Of a DNA stretch of 64,000 bases, positions 44,529-57,072 are shown in pieces. The stretch's first letter is position 1; each line of letters begins with the position of its first letter. The position numbers were made by a program, and so were the translations under genes. Under the pieces are notes generated by a model. The model saw nothing but the letters and a program-made list of their open reading frames with translations, was not told the origin of the DNA and searched no databases. Origin of the DNA: Kofleriaceae bacterium (lineage in GTDB: Bacteria; Myxococcota_A; Polyangia; Haliangiales; Haliangiaceae); NCBI GenBank assembly GCA_046597055.1, contig JBKJLC010000284.1, forward strand, positions 1 to 64,000, read 5' to 3'.

Positions 44529-44852
44529 TCAGGCGTCGTCGTCGTCGGTGAGCGCGGCCGGCCCGGCCTCGCCGAACCACCCTGCCAGCGCCGACGCGAG
44601 CGCCTCGGCGACCGCGGCCGAGCCGATCGTGATCGCCGCGTGCTTGCGCCAGCGGTCGTGCTGGCGGCGGAAGCGCACCACCGCGGCCCGGGCCGGCCGC
44701 CAGGTCTCGGTCCGGGGATCGAGCTCCTGGTAGAGGTAGATCGCGGTCGCCCACCCGCGATGCTCGACCACGCGGCGGTCGAGCTGGCGGCGGACCAGCT
44801 GCCCGTCTTGTTCGACGTCGTAGGACAGGTCGTCGAGGTCGTCGATCTCCAT
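44529..44852 (-). CDS. Conserved hypothetical protein
   Basis: MEIDDLDDLSYDVEQDGQLVRRQLD...GWATAIYLYQELD; typical codon usage. Confidence 0.7.
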   Translation of the reverse strand: MEIDDLDDLSYDVEQDGQLVRRQLDRRVVEHRGWATAIYLYQELDPRTETWRPARAAVVRFRRQHDRWRKHAAITIGSAAVAEALASALAGWFGEAGPAALTDDDDA

Positions 44853-44899
44853 CACGGCTCCATCACGGCCATCGGCGCGGGCGCGGCGTTCTGGCCGGC

Positions 44900-45202
44900 T
44901 CAGCCCAGGATGGGGCGGAGCGCCGCCGCGCTGCCGTCGTCGAACACCACGTCGGTGACCGGATCGTCGGGGCCGTCGCCGCGCCGGACCTCGACCACCC
45001 GCGCGCCGAGCTCGACCGCCTGGGCCCCGCGCGCCACGCGCAGCCGCAGGCGCTCGCCGAGCTCGAGGAGCAGCGGGCCGCGCAGGCGTGCGCCGGTCGC
45101 GGTGACCTCCAGCGCGTCGAACATCGCGTAGGGCGCGCGGCCGGCCACGACCACCGCGACGGTGACCGCGTCGGTCGCCGGCGTGGGCTCGGGACGCGCC
45201 AT
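44900..45202 (-). CDS. Degenerate PilZ-like domain protein
   Basis: EVTATGARL, LELGERLRL, ARVV, VVF; no RxxxR. Confidence 0.55.
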   Translation of the reverse strand: MARPEPTPATDAVTVAVVVAGRAPYAMFDALEVTATGARLRGPLLLELGERLRLRVARGAQAVELGARVVEVRRGDGPDDPVTDVVFDDGSAAALRPILG

Positions 45203-45310
45203 CCCCAGGAGCTATCACGCGCGCGCGGGTGGCGACAACCGGGTCGGGCCGCCCGATAACCGGAGCCCTCAGCACTTCCGGCACGGGGGGAGTGGGGGTA
45301 CCCTCTGCCG

Positions 45311-46054
45311 GTGTCGATTCTGAAACCGGTCGAGAAGCAGCGCGTCGCCGAGGAAATCGTCGAGCAGCTCCGCTCCCTCATCTTGACCGGCCAGTACCCG
45401 CCCGGCTCCAAGCTCCCGCCCGAGCGCGACCTGTCGAAGCGCCTCGGCGTGAACCGCGCGTCGCTGCGCGAGGCGCTCAAGAAGCTGGAGCACCTGGGCC
45501 TGGTCCGGATCCGCCAGGGCGATGGCACCCGCGTCACCAACTTCATGGAGACCGGCGGCATCGAGCTGGTCCAGCACCTGCTGCCGCTGGCCGGGCGCAA
45601 CCACCCCGAGCTCATCCGCGACATGCTCGAGCTCCGACGCATCTTCGGCCGCGAGATCGCGCGGTTGGCTGCGTTCCGGGCCGCGCCCGACGCGGTGGCC
45701 CGGCTGGTCGCGCTCGCCGACAAGGCCGATGCCTCGTCCAGCCCGACCGACGTCTTCGAGATCGACTTCGAGTTCTACGTCGCGCTCACCCAGATCGCCG
45801 GCAACCAGGTGATGGGGCTCCTCATCAACACGGTGCGCGAGGGCGTGCGATCGTACATGCCGCTCCTGTCGAACCTGACCGCCTCGTCGGAGTCGGTCCG
45901 CGCCCATCACCGCGCGCTGATCGACGCGATCTCGGCCAAGGATCCCGAGCGGGCCGGCAAGGTCGCCGACGATCACCTGCGGGCCGGCGCCGAGCTGGCC
46001 GGTCGAATGGGCGGTCGGGTCGAGCTGCAACCACAGCCCATGCCCGCGGCCTGA
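45311..46054 (+). CDS. FadR/GntR family transcriptional regulator
   Basis: PGSKLPPERDLS..LGVNRASLREAL, RQGDGT; FCD domain. Confidence 0.95.
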   Translation: MSILKPVEKQRVAEEIVEQLRSLILTGQYPPGSKLPPERDLSKRLGVNRASLREALKKLEHLGLVRIRQGDGTRVTNFMETGGIELVQHLLPLAGRNHPELIRDMLELRRIFGREIARLAAFRAAPDAVARLVALADKADASSSPTDVFEIDFEFYVALTQIAGNQVMGLLINTVREGVRSYMPLLSNLTASSESVRAHHRALIDAISAKDPERAGKVADDHLRAGAELAGRMGGRVELQPQPMPAA

Positions 46055-46081
46055 CCAGGCCGGGGCGGGGAGCGACCGATC

Positions 46082-46372
46082 ATGATCCTGACCCGCGACG
46101 AGGTGGCCGAGATCGCGCAGCTGGCGCGGCTCGCGCTGGGCGAGGCCGAGCTCGACGCGCTGCGGGGCGAGCTGGCGACGATCCTCGATCACGTCGCCGC
46201 GCTCGCCGAGGTCGACACCACCGGGATCGAGCCGATGACCCACGCCGTCCCGATCGCGCTGCGGCTCCGCGAGGATCGGGTCGAGGCATCGCTGCCGGTC
46301 GAGGTCGCGGTCGCCGATGCGCCGATGGTGCGTGACGGCTCGTTCGAGGTGCCCGCGATCATCAAGTCGTAG
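46082..46372 (+). CDS. gatC: Asp/Glu-tRNA amidotransferase subunit C
   Basis: IAQLARL, VDTTGIEP, LRED, FEVPAI. Confidence 0.95.
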   Translation: MILTRDEVAEIAQLARLALGEAELDALRGELATILDHVAALAEVDTTGIEPMTHAVPIALRLREDRVEASLPVEVAVADAPMVRDGSFEVPAIIKS

Positions 46373-46425
46373 CCGGGGTGGGCGAGAGACGACCAGAGCG
46401 GCCGAGGCCGTCCACGAGGAACTAG

Positions 46426-47900
46426 ATGAGCGACGAGCTGGTGTTCGCGAGTGTGGCGGCGATCGCGCGATGGGTGAAGGCGCGTGAGGTGAGCGCGCGG
46501 CAGATCACCGATCTGTTCCTCGAGCGCATCGCCGGGCGCGACGGCGCCCTGGGCGCTTACCTGGCGGTCGACGCCGACGGCGCCCGCGCGCGCGCCGACG
46601 CGATCGACCAGGCGATCGGCCGGGGCGACGACGTCGGGCCGCTCGGCGGCGTGCCGATCGCGATCAAGGACGTGATCGTCACCGAGGGCCTGGTCACGAC
46701 CGCGGCCTCGAAGATGCTCGAGGGCTGGGTGCCGCCGTACGACGCGACCGCGGTCAGCAGGCTGCGCGCGGCCGGCGCGGTGATCCTCGGCAAGCTCAAC
46801 TGCGACGAGTTCGCGATGGGCAGCTCCAACGAGCGGTCCGGCTACAAGCCGTGCGTCAACCCGTGGGACCCGACCCGGGTTCCGGGCGGCAGCTCGGGTG
46901 GCAGCGCCGCGGCGGTCTCGGCCGGGCTCGCCAGCGCCACGCTCGGCACCGACACCGGCGGCTCGATCCGGCAGCCGGCCGCGCTGTGCGGCGTGGTCGG
47001 GCTCAAGCCGACCTACGGGCGGGTGTCGCGCTGGGGCGCGATCGCGTTCGCCTCGTCACTCGATCAGATCGGCCCGCTGACCCGGACCGTCGAGGACGCT
47101 GCGCTCCTGCTCGAGGTGATCGCCGGGCTCGACCCGCGCGACGCGACCTCGATCGACCTGCCGGCGCCCGCGCTGCGCGCGGCGCTCGGGCAGGGGGTCG
47201 CCGGGCTGAAGGTCGGGCTGCCCAGGGAGTACTTCGAGGGCGCGATCGACCCGCAGATCACGGCCGCGGTGCGCGCGGCCGCCGACGCGCTGGTCGCCGC
47301 TGGCGCCGAGCTGCGCGAGGTGTCGCTGCCGCACACCAGGTACGCGCTGCCGACCTACTACCTGGTCGCGCCGGCCGAGGCCTCGTCCAACCTCGCGCGC
47401 TACGACGGCGTCCGCTACGGCCACCAGGCCAAGGCGCCCCGCGATCTCGCCGATCTCTACGCACGCAGCCGGGCTGACGGGTTCGGCCCCGAGGTCAAGC
47501 GGCGCATCATGATCGGCAGCTACGCGCTGCGCGCTGGCTACTACGACGCGTACTACAAGAAGGCGCAGCAGGTGCGCGCGCTGATCAAGCGCGACTTCGA
47601 CCGCGTCTTCGAGGAGGTCGACGTGCTGCTCACGCCCACCACGCCGACCGCGGCGTTCGCGGTCGGCGAGAAGGCCACGCCGCTCGACATGTACCTCGGC
47701 GACGTCTTCACGCTGGCCTGCAACCTGGCCGGCATCCCGGGCCTCGCGGTGCCGTGTGGCCAGACCGACGGCGGCCTGCCGATCGGCGCCCAGCTGCTGG
47801 GCCGCGCGCTCGACGAGGCGACCCTGTGCCGCGCCGGCAAGGTGATCGAGGACGCGCTCGGCGGCACCCGCCGGCCGCCCGGGTTCACCGGAGGTGCGTC

Positions 47901-47904
<4 letters not shown>
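46426..47904 (+). CDS. gatA: Asp/Glu-tRNA amidotransferase subunit A
   Basis: [34 protein letters not shown]. Confidence 0.98.
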
Positions 47905-49350
<1,446 letters not shown>

Positions 49351-49355
<5 letters not shown>

Positions 49356-49458
49356 CCGAGCGACCAGACCTCGCACCCGAGCCGTGCCCCCGGCGTCATG
49401 GTTCGGCGCTCGCGGGGGCGTCTGCTGGCCGCGCTCTGACCGAGCAACCAGACCTCGC
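49351..49458. repeat. 24-bp direct repeat x2 overlapping the gatB stop
   Basis: TCTGACCGAGC(G/A)ACCAGACCTCGC at 49351 and 49435. Confidence 0.85.
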
Positions 49459-49816
49459 GCGGTGTGGACGCCAGCGGGGTGCGCTGGCGTCAGCGCTTGG
49501 GGCGCTTGCCGGGCGGGGCCGGCGGGCTCGGCGCGCTGTCCTTGCTGGTCGGCGACCAGGCCGAGGGCACGTCGCGGTGACTGATGCCGACGCGCAGGCG
49601 ACGGTGGGACGACCGGAGCAGCATCTTCGCGCGAGCGGGAGGAGAGGCCGACATCCTTTGACGGTAGGGTGCGGAGGTGCGGTCGGCAACTCGCGATTTC
49701 GTGCGGTGTGATCTCGACGCGGGTTGCCGCCTGTCCGACTCTCGGACGACACATGTGGGCCCGGACTTCCTGCTATGCTTCGACCCCGCCGCGCTGGGGA
49801 GCGGCCACGTGACTCG

Positions 49817-51064
49817 ATGACCGCTCTGTTCCACGTCTTCATCGAACGGCCGCGCTCGACCGCGGTCGGCGCGGGCGCCCAGCTCGCACGCACGATCGCG
49901 GCGCGCTACGGGCTGGCCGCGGTCGATCTCGAGGCGCGGATCGCCGCGGGGCGCTTCCGGGTCAAGGGCAACGTCGATCGCGCGACCGCCGACGCGTTCG
50001 CCGCCGATCTGATCCAGCTCGGCGCCGAGTGCACCATCCTGTCGGCCGAGGCGCCGGCGGCGGAGGCGGTCAAGGCGACCCCGGTGACGCTGGATCAGCC
50101 GCGGGTGGTGCCGCCGAAACCGTCGGCCCCGGTGGCGGCGCCCCGGCCTGCGCCGCCGCCGTCGCGACCGGCGGCGGCCGCGGTGACGGCCGCGCCCGCG
50201 TTCCATCCCGGCGACGACGACGACGGCGGCCTCGGCGCGCTGTCGGGCGCGATGACGCTGTCGATGCTCGATGGCGGCGACGACCTCTCCGTCGATCGTT
50301 CGGGTGAGCGCTCGACCGGCGCGATGCTGCCGGCCAGCTTCGGCCCGCCGCCCGAGGCCTCGCACGACCTGCGGACCGGCTCCGACCGGGATTCGGCGCC
50401 CCCGTCACGAGGCTCGGCCCGCGAGATCCCGCTGGCCGCGAGCTCCGGCCCGAGCGCGCCGGCGGGCCCGGCCTTCGGCGGCGGCCCGGTCGATCCGTTC
50501 GCGCCGCCCGACGCCGGCGTCGAGAGCGAGCTGCGGCTCGAAGTCGACACCCCGCGCAAGGCCAAGGGCGGCGCGATGGCGCCAGCGCCGGCGCCGGCGC
50601 CGCCACCGGTGTCCGAGCCGGGTCCCGCTAGTCGCCAGGGTGGCGCGCGCGGCACCGCCAACGATCACGGCGCGGCGACCAGCGCGGCTGCCGCGGCGCC
50701 CCGGCCGACGCCAAGCCCCGGCCTGGTCGACCTGGCGCGCGACCCGCGGGCGCGCTTCGTCGCTGGCGTGGTCCTGGCCGCGATCATCGGCTTCATCCCG
50801 GCGGCGCTGATCGCGTCGGTCCGCGAGCGCTCGGCGTTCGCCGACCTCGACTCCGAGCTCGACCGTCGGCAGAACCAGTTCACCGACCGCGCCGAGTGGG
50901 ACGCGCTGGATACGCTGCGCGCCTCGTTCGTCGAGCGCAAGCAGGCCGAGCGACAGAGCGTCGCGCTCACGTCGCTGGTGCTGTGGGCTGCGATCAGCGG
51001 CGGGTTCGCGTGGTTCTGGTTCCGCAAGCTCGACTGGGACCGCCTGGTCGGGCCCGGCCCCTGA
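49817..51064 (+). CDS. Hypothetical membrane protein (small N-terminal domain, Pro-rich linker, 2 TM)
   Basis: [22 protein letters not shown] and [16 protein letters not shown]. Confidence 0.7.
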   Translation: MTALFHVFIERPRSTAVGAGAQLARTIAARYGLAAVDLEARIAAGRFRVKGNVDRATADAFAADLIQLGAECTILSAEAPAAEAVKATPVTLDQPRVVPPKPSAPVAAPRPAPPPSRPAAAAVTAAPAFHPGDDDDGGLGALSGAMTLSMLDGGDDLSVDRSGERSTGAMLPASFGPPPEASHDLRTGSDRDSAPPSRGSAREIPLAASSGPSAPAGPAFGGGPVDPFAPPDAGVESELRLEVDTPRKAKGGAMAPAPAPAPPPVSEPGPASRQGGARGTANDHGAATSAAAAAPRPTPSPGLVDLARDPRARFVAGVVLAAIIGFIPAALIASVRERSAFADLDSELDRRQNQFTDRAEWDALDTLRASFVERKQAERQSVALTSLVLWAAISGGFAWFWFRKLDWDRLVGPGP

Positions 51065-51079
51065 ACGCGGGCACCGCGC

Positions 51080-52402
51080 TCAGGGCTTGCGCGGCCGCGG
51101 GATGCGGAGGAGCGCCAGCTTGTGGACCAGGGTCGCGCGCGAGATGCCGAGCTTGCGAGCGGCGTGGGTCTGGTTGCCGGCGCAGGCCTCGAGCGCGGCC
51201 ACGATGCGCTCGCGCTCGGCGGCCTGAGCGGGCGCCAGATCCGGCGGCGCGGTCGACGGCGCGCTGCGCTCGCGCGGCGGTGGGGACGCGGTCGGCCGGG
51301 CGGCGTCGATCAGGACGTGCTCGGCGCCGATCGGGCTGCCGCCGGCGAGCAGCGCGGCACGCTCGACCACGTTCTTGAGCTCGCGCACGTTGCCGGGCCA
51401 GCCGTGGCCGGCCAGGCGCGCCAGCGCGGCCGGGGTCAGCGCGTCGCTCCGCCCGGTGGCCTCGGCGGCGAACCGGGCAGCCAGGCTCGCGACCTGGTGC
51501 GGACGCTCGCGCAGCGGCGGCACCATGAGGGTGATGCCGGCCAGCCGGTAGAACAGATCGCGGCGAAACTCGCCGGTGGCCGAGGCCTCGACCAGGTCGC
51601 GGTGGGTGGCGGCAAGGAACCGCACGTCGATCGGGATCGCGCGCACCGCGCCGACCCGCAGCACCTCGCGGGCTTCGATGGCGCGGAGCAGCTTGGCCTG
51701 CAGCGGCGCCGGCATCTCGCCGACCTCGTCGAACAAGATGGTGCCACCGGCCGCGCTCTCGAGCAGGCCGGGCCGGGTGGTGGCGGCGCCGGTGAACGCG
51801 CCCTTCTCGTAGCCGAACAGCTCGCTCTCGAGCAGCTGCGGCGACAGCGCGGCGCAGTTGATCGCGATCATCGGGCCCGGGCGGCCCGACAGGCGGTGCA
51901 GCGCGCTGGCCAGCACCTCCTTGCCGGAGCCGGTCTCGCCGGTGATGACCACGTTGACCGGGCTGCGCGCGACCGCGCTCACCAGCGGGCTCGGGTTGGT
52001 CAGCGCGGGCTCGTCGATCATCACGTGCGAGCCGCCCAGCGCGGTGCGCACGGTCGAGACCGAACGCGGCACGATCACGGCGGCGAACGGGCCGATCGCG
52101 AACGGTTCGCCGGGGACGATCTCGACCGGGGTGCCCGCGACCAGCGGCGCGCCGCGGACCTGGGTGCCGTTGCGGCTGCCGAGATCCTCCACCGTCCACC
52201 GCTCGGCGAGCAGCAGGCGCGCGTGGCGCCGCGACACCTTCTCGTGGTCGACCGGCGCCTCGCACATGGGATCGCGGCCGATCACGACCTCGCCCTGCTC
52301 GGGCAGCACGATCGCGCGCACCTCGGCGGCGTGGCTGATGAGGAGCACCCAGCCGCGGTCGTCGCGGAGGCTGGTCTCACCGTCGGTCACCGTGGTGATC
52401 AC
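51080..52402 (-). CDS. FHA-domain sigma54-dependent activator
   Basis: [49 protein letters not shown]; Fis-type HTH. Confidence 0.96.
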   Translation of the reverse strand: MITTVTDGETSLRDDRGWVLLISHAAEVRAIVLPEQGEVVIGRDPMCEAPVDHEKVSRRHARLLLAERWTVEDLGSRNGTQVRGAPLVAGTPVEIVPGEPFAIGPFAAVIVPRSVSTVRTALGGSHVMIDEPALTNPSPLVSAVARSPVNVVITGETGSGKEVLASALHRLSGRPGPMIAINCAALSPQLLESELFGYEKGAFTGAATTRPGLLESAAGGTILFDEVGEMPAPLQAKLLRAIEAREVLRVGAVRAIPIDVRFLAATHRDLVEASATGEFRRDLFYRLAGITLMVPPLRERPHQVASLAARFAAEATGRSDALTPAALARLAGHGWPGNVRELKNVVERAALLAGGSPIGAEHVLIDAARPTASPPPRERSAPSTAPPDLAPAQAAERERIVAALEACAGNQTHAARKLGISRATLVHKLALLRIPRPRKP

Positions 52403-52414
52403 GGCGGGATTGTA

Positions 52415-53282
52415 TCAGCCGGGGCGGGGCCCGTCGTCAGGCTCAGGCCAGGTCGCGAACGCGCGAACGAAGCGGGCCGGCGCGACCACCCCGTGGTGGA
52501 GCAGCATCGCCTCGGCCTCGGCGGCGAGGCGCAGCCCGGCGGCGCCCGGGGTGATCGCGGCCAAGCGATGGCGGGCGACCGCGCCGATCACCGGGAGGTC
52601 GCGGCCGGCGAGCCGGATCGCCGCCTCGAGGTGCGCGCGCGCGGCGGGGCGATGCCCCTCGAGTTCCGCGACCGCCGCCTCGCACACGCTGCTCATGCCG
52701 CGCAGGTACGACGTGTGGTCGGGGCGGAGCCGGCGCAGGTGGCGCCGCGCGGCGGCGGCGTCGCCACGGCGGATCGCGATCCGCGCCAGCTCGAGCGCGC
52801 GCTCGACCTGGACCAGCTGGATGTGCGCGAGCACGCCGTGGCCGATGAAGCGCGGCAGGTCGGCCTCGGCCTCGGCCATGCCGATCGGATCGTCCTGGTA
52901 CAGCGCCAGCTCGGCGCGGGCGCGCGCGGCGAACCAGTGCTGCAGGTGGATGCCGTCGGCGCGGGCGCTCCAGGTGGCGGCGTCGAGGTCGGCGTGGGCT
53001 CGCTCGACGTCGTCGCAGGCCAGCCACACCAGGTTGCCGATCGACCGGAAGCTGGTCGCCGCATAGCGATCGCCGCGGCGCAGGGCGTCGCGCACGTACT
53101 CGTCGAGCCGGGTCCGCAGCTCGCCGTACGCGCCGTGCCGGCGCAGCGCGAACAGCACGAACATGCGGACGTGGGCGAGGCTCGAAGCGCGGCGTGCCTG
53201 TGAACCGCGGCGCCTGCAGCCTCCCTGCCACCGGCGTCGAGCCGTCCTCCACCGGGTAAAAGCGGGGAGTCGAGCCGTACAT
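52415..53282 (-). pseudogene. Internally deleted, frameshifted kinase/AAA-ATPase-type signalling gene
   Basis: ATG 53282 frame reads ...RFTGTPRFE (resembles the lead-in to a kinase domain); near 53180 another frame continues LAHVRMFVLFAL...RRGDRYA (helical C-terminal region). No kinase or P-loop core. Confidence 0.55.
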
Positions 53283-53346
53283 CACGAGCAGTATCGCGCG
53301 CCGACCCGGTGACACTTCAGGCAGAACACGTGATGTACCTGACGCT

Positions 53347-53812
53347 CGGGCCGCGAGGGTGACACCCGCGCGTCGGGCCGCGAGGGTGACACCCGCGCGT
53401 CGAATGTGTCGGCCCGGTAGACGCGGCACGGCAGGGAAGTCCCCGGGGCACGCGTCGCCCGGGTGGCTGACACCTGTCGTGTCCGGACACCTGTCGTGTC
53501 CGGATCTCGGACACGGGGGGGCGTGCGGGTGGCAGACCCGGGTGGCTGACACCCGCGGTGTCCGGATCCCGGACACGGTGACGCAGGGTGGCTGACACCC
53601 GCGGTGTCGACCCGGGTGGCTGACACCCGCGGTGTCCGGATCCCGGACACGGTGACGCGGGGTGGCTGACACCCGCGGTGTCCGGATCCCGGACACGGTG
53701 ACGCGGGGTGGCTGACACCCGCGGTGTCGCGCGGGGTGGCTGACACCCGGGGTGTCGCGCGGGGTGGCTGACACCCGGGGTGTCCGGATCCCGGACACCC
53801 GGGGTGTCCGGG
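53347..53812. repeat. Mosaic REP-like array
   Basis: 27-bp unit x2 (53347, 53374); GGGTGGCTGACACC x8 (53461-53762); GTGTCCGGATCCCGGACAC x4 plus 1 variant; 46- and 28-bp periods. Confidence 0.92.
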
Positions 53813-53848
53813 GCAGGCAACCCGCGGTGGGCCGAGGCCGGACCCGGC

Positions 53849-54307
53849 TCAGCCGCGGGCGTAGCAGGAGGCGTCGAGGAGGCCGTGGCCGGCGTCAGCC
53901 GCGTCGGCGGCGAGAGCGAGCTCGCGGCGGCGGCGCAGCTCGAAGACGCAGTCGCGCAGGAGGCGGAGGTCGCGGGCGGCCGCGGTCACCAGGCGCAGGC
54001 CGGTGGTGCGGAGCAGGCCGAACCCGCCGCCCTGGCCGGCCGGGGCCTGCCGGATCCGGTCGAAGCAGACCTCGCCGCGCGCCCAGATCACCTCGTCGAC
54101 CGCCGGGACCTCGAGCTCGAAGACGACCTCGTGTGGGGTCGGGCCCGGGACGTACGGGCGCTCGAGACGCATGCCGGCCGGCCCCAGGTCGATCACCATG
54201 GCCGGCTGGTCTCGACCGCCGACCAGCTCGGAGCAGAAGGCCTCCACCTCGATCCGAGGTGCCAGCCGCCGGACATCGAGCCATGAGTACGGATCAGTGT
54301 GCCCCAT
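53849..54307 (-). CDS. PilZ domain protein
   Basis: RRLAPR (RxxxR) and DLGPAG (DxSxxG-like), WARGEV. Confidence 0.82.
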   Translation of the reverse strand: MGHTDPYSWLDVRRLAPRIEVEAFCSELVGGRDQPAMVIDLGPAGMRLERPYVPGPTPHEVVFELEVPAVDEVIWARGEVCFDRIRQAPAGQGGGFGLLRTTGLRLVTAAARDLRLLRDCVFELRRRRELALAADAADAGHGLLDASCYARG

Positions 54308-54352
54308 GTAGGACAGTGTCGGATGCCGCAGGCCCGGGCGCAATAATGCTGG

Positions 54353-55969
54353 TCACCGCGGCGGCAAGTAGCCGTCGCGACGGTAGTTTCCGCGACCGGT
54401 CGGCCACAAGAGGCAGTTGGTCGACGACCCGGGCATCTCGTAGATCTCGACCTGCCGGACCCGGTCCTCGCCGTCCTTGAGGGACACGGTGATGTCGAGA
54501 TCGCCGTCGCCATCGACGTCCGCGATCGTCGGCACTGGCATCGCGCCGCGGCCCGACAGCGCCTGGCGGTGCAGCTCGTTGCCGGCGGCGTCGAGCACGA
54601 CCAGGTGACCGCCGCCGCCGGTCGAGTAGGTCGTGAAGACCAGCTCGGGGACGCCGTCGCCCGATAGATCGGCCGCGACCACGCCGCCGGTCGCGACCGT
54701 CGCGCTGCTGGTGTACCGCCGCGCCCAGACCGGCTGGGCGCGCGCGTCGACCGCGTGGATGAAGCCGTCGAAGCCCGCGAACACGATCTCCGGTCCCGCC
54801 CGCGCCGGGTCCAACTCGACCACCGTGGTCTGGTTGGTCATGCCGACGACGTTGTCGCCGTAGTCCCACAGCCCCGACAGGAAGTCGGGGAAACGCGGCG
54901 GCGCCACCCACGGGTCGGGCCGGCTGCCGTCGGGGCGCACCACGAACAGGCCGACCCCGCGCTCGCGGTCGTCCTGCGCGGTGTTCTGGATCGAGCCCAG
55001 CACGATCAGCTCGCCGGTGCCGTCGCCGTCGAGGTCCGCGATCGCGGGCGCCGAGTTGGTGAAGTGAGCCTGCTCGTCGACCGCCTCGTCGTCGGCGAAG
55101 CCCTGCTGGGCCAGCGCGTAGTCGACCATGAAGCGGATCCCGGAGAACTTGGTGCGGTTGCGGAAGATCGCCGCCGCGTCGAACGCGCGCCCGGTGCCCT
55201 CGTGCAGCGACAGGTACGCGTTGTCCTGGGTGATGAACACGTCGCTCCGACCGTCGCCCGAGACGTCGCCGAGCGCGAGGTTCTGGTCGTAGCCGCCGGT
55301 GACGTAGCAGGCGGCGTCGCAGCCGCTGGTGCCGGTGGTGTTGGGCGGGAACCCGGCGACCACGCGCCCGTCGGCCTCGTACGCGATCACGATGTCGCGC
55401 TGACCGCCGCCCGCGAGCGGGCTGTTGGTGACCGCGACCAGCTCGAGCGCGCCGTCGCCGTCGATGTCTCCGGCGGCCAGGCTGCGCATCTCGTCGCGGA
55501 AGGTGGTGGGAAACCCGGGCAGCGGCGCGCCGCCCGCATCGAACGCGTGGATCTGGCCGCGGGCCGCGATCGCCACCTCGAGCCCGGGTCGCCCCGGCAC
55601 CAGGTCGACGACCACCGGCGACGACCAGATCCGCCCGCCGACCGTGGCCTGCCACGCGACCGTGCCGGTCCCGGGCCCGACGTGCCAGACCAGCAGCAGC
55701 TCGTCGCGCGGGATGACCAGCTCGACCCGGCCGTCGCCGTCGAGATCGGCCACCGCCGGCGAGGCCAGCCAGCCCTCGTGCCAGCGATCGGCCAGCGTGT
55801 AGACCAGGGCCGGGGCTGCCACCGTCGTCGAGCCACCCGCCGCCGCCGGCGCGCAGCTCGGGCTCGGCAGCGGCAGCGGTGGCCCGTCAGGACCGTCGTC
55901 GTCGCCGCCGCCGTTGTCACCGCCGCAGGCCGCCACCAGCGCGAGCGCGAGAACGCGTCGTATGCGCAT
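54353..55969 (-). CDS. VCBS/FG-GAP repeat lipoprotein
   Basis: LVAAC lipobox; about 7 SPAxADLDGDG-type repeats. Confidence 0.9.
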   Translation of the reverse strand: MRIRRVLALALVAACGGDNGGGDDDGPDGPPLPLPSPSCAPAAAGGSTTVAAPALVYTLADRWHEGWLASPAVADLDGDGRVELVIPRDELLLVWHVGPGTGTVAWQATVGGRIWSSPVVVDLVPGRPGLEVAIAARGQIHAFDAGGAPLPGFPTTFRDEMRSLAAGDIDGDGALELVAVTNSPLAGGGQRDIVIAYEADGRVVAGFPPNTTGTSGCDAACYVTGGYDQNLALGDVSGDGRSDVFITQDNAYLSLHEGTGRAFDAAAIFRNRTKFSGIRFMVDYALAQQGFADDEAVDEQAHFTNSAPAIADLDGDGTGELIVLGSIQNTAQDDRERGVGLFVVRPDGSRPDPWVAPPRFPDFLSGLWDYGDNVVGMTNQTTVVELDPARAGPEIVFAGFDGFIHAVDARAQPVWARRYTSSATVATGGVVAADLSGDGVPELVFTTYSTGGGGHLVVLDAAGNELHRQALSGRGAMPVPTIADVDGDGDLDITVSLKDGEDRVRQVEIYEMPGSSTNCLLWPTGRGNYRRDGYLPPR

Positions 55970-56058
55970 GCGGCGATGCTACCTCTGCGCCCGCGCGGCG
56001 GGGAATGCATCGGCGCCGGCCGCTTGCACGAACGCGACCGGCAGCACACCCTGCGCCG

Positions 56059-56841
56059 ATGCTGCCGCGCCTGCACGCCTTCGAGTTCAACGATCTGGAG
56101 CGCGCTCCCGAGGCGCTGCGCGACGCGATCGTCGGCAGCCTGTCGCGGTCGCTGCGCTGGGGCCGCATGCTGACCGGCCTGGTCGCGCCGTTCCGCGAGT
56201 TCCTCGCCGCCGCCGGCACCGACGAGGTGCTCGACCTGTGCGCCGGCATGGGCGGCCCGGCCCGGGTGCTCGCGGGCGAGCTGGCGCGCAAGGGCGCCGC
56301 GGCGACCTTCCTCCTGACCGACCTGTTCCCGCGGGTGTCCGAGTGGGAGGAGGCCCGCGCCGAGCACCCGGGGATGATCGACTTCGTCCCCGACCCGGTC
56401 GATGCCACCGCGATCCCGCCCGCGATCGCCGACGGCCGCGCCCGGGTGGTGATCAACGCGTTCCACCACTTCCGGCCCGCGCTCGCGCAGGCGATCCTCG
56501 CCGACGCGGTCGCCACCTCGCGCGGGATCTTCATCTCCGAGGCGTTCGTCCGCAATCCGCTCGCGTTCCTGTCGTTCGGGCCGGCCGGCCTGGCCGCGCT
56601 CGCCGCCGAGCCGCTGCTGTCGCGCAAGCACCGGCTGGCCAAGGCGCTGCTGATCTGGGCCACGCCCGTCGCGCTCGCCACCGGCGTGTGGGACGGCCTG
56701 GTCTCGACCCTGCGCATCTACGAGGAGCGCGACCTGCGCGCGATGGTCGCCCCACTCGGCGATCGCTTCCGCTGGGTCTACGGCCGCTATCGGTTCCCGC
56801 TCGGCGGGCGCGGCCAGTATTTCTACGGCGTACCGCGCTGA
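56059..56841 (+). CDS. Class I SAM-dependent methyltransferase-like protein
   Basis: VLDLCAGMGGP, LTDLFP, VDAT, AFHHF. Confidence 0.78.
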   Translation: MLPRLHAFEFNDLERAPEALRDAIVGSLSRSLRWGRMLTGLVAPFREFLAAAGTDEVLDLCAGMGGPARVLAGELARKGAAATFLLTDLFPRVSEWEEARAEHPGMIDFVPDPVDATAIPPAIADGRARVVINAFHHFRPALAQAILADAVATSRGIFISEAFVRNPLAFLSFGPAGLAALAAEPLLSRKHRLAKALLIWATPVALATGVWDGLVSTLRIYEERDLRAMVAPLGDRFRWVYGRYRFPLGGRGQYFYGVPR

Positions 56842-56908
56842 CCCAGGCCGCGGCCGGTCACCCAGGCTGCGGCCCGAGTTTCCTGCACCTGGCGCTCTGC
56901 CACGCTGC

Positions 56909-56990
56909 CCTTCGACTCGGCGCGCCCGCGCATCCTGAGCGAGGTCCGGCGCGTAGCGACGGCCGAGTCGAAGGACGGCGCCGGCTCAGG
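56909..56990. repeat. Interleaved inverted repeats between convergent genes
   Basis: CCTTCGACTCGGC/GCCGAGTCGAAGG (13 bp) crossed by CCTGAGC/GCTCAGG. Confidence 0.75.
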
Positions 56991-57072
56991 GCCACCGGGA
57001 AAGAGTGAGCGCTTCCGTTCACATGGCGGCCACCGGAACACGTGCCAGATCCGGAGGCTGGCCTGTGAGACC

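Noticed and set aside
53347..53812. CRISPR array
   Set aside because: Units are built from repeated modules with no unique spacers, periods are irregular, and there are no cas genes in the window.
53282..53820. Repetitive ORFs across the REP array
   Set aside because: All frames are open only because the repeat lacks stop codons; no coding signature.
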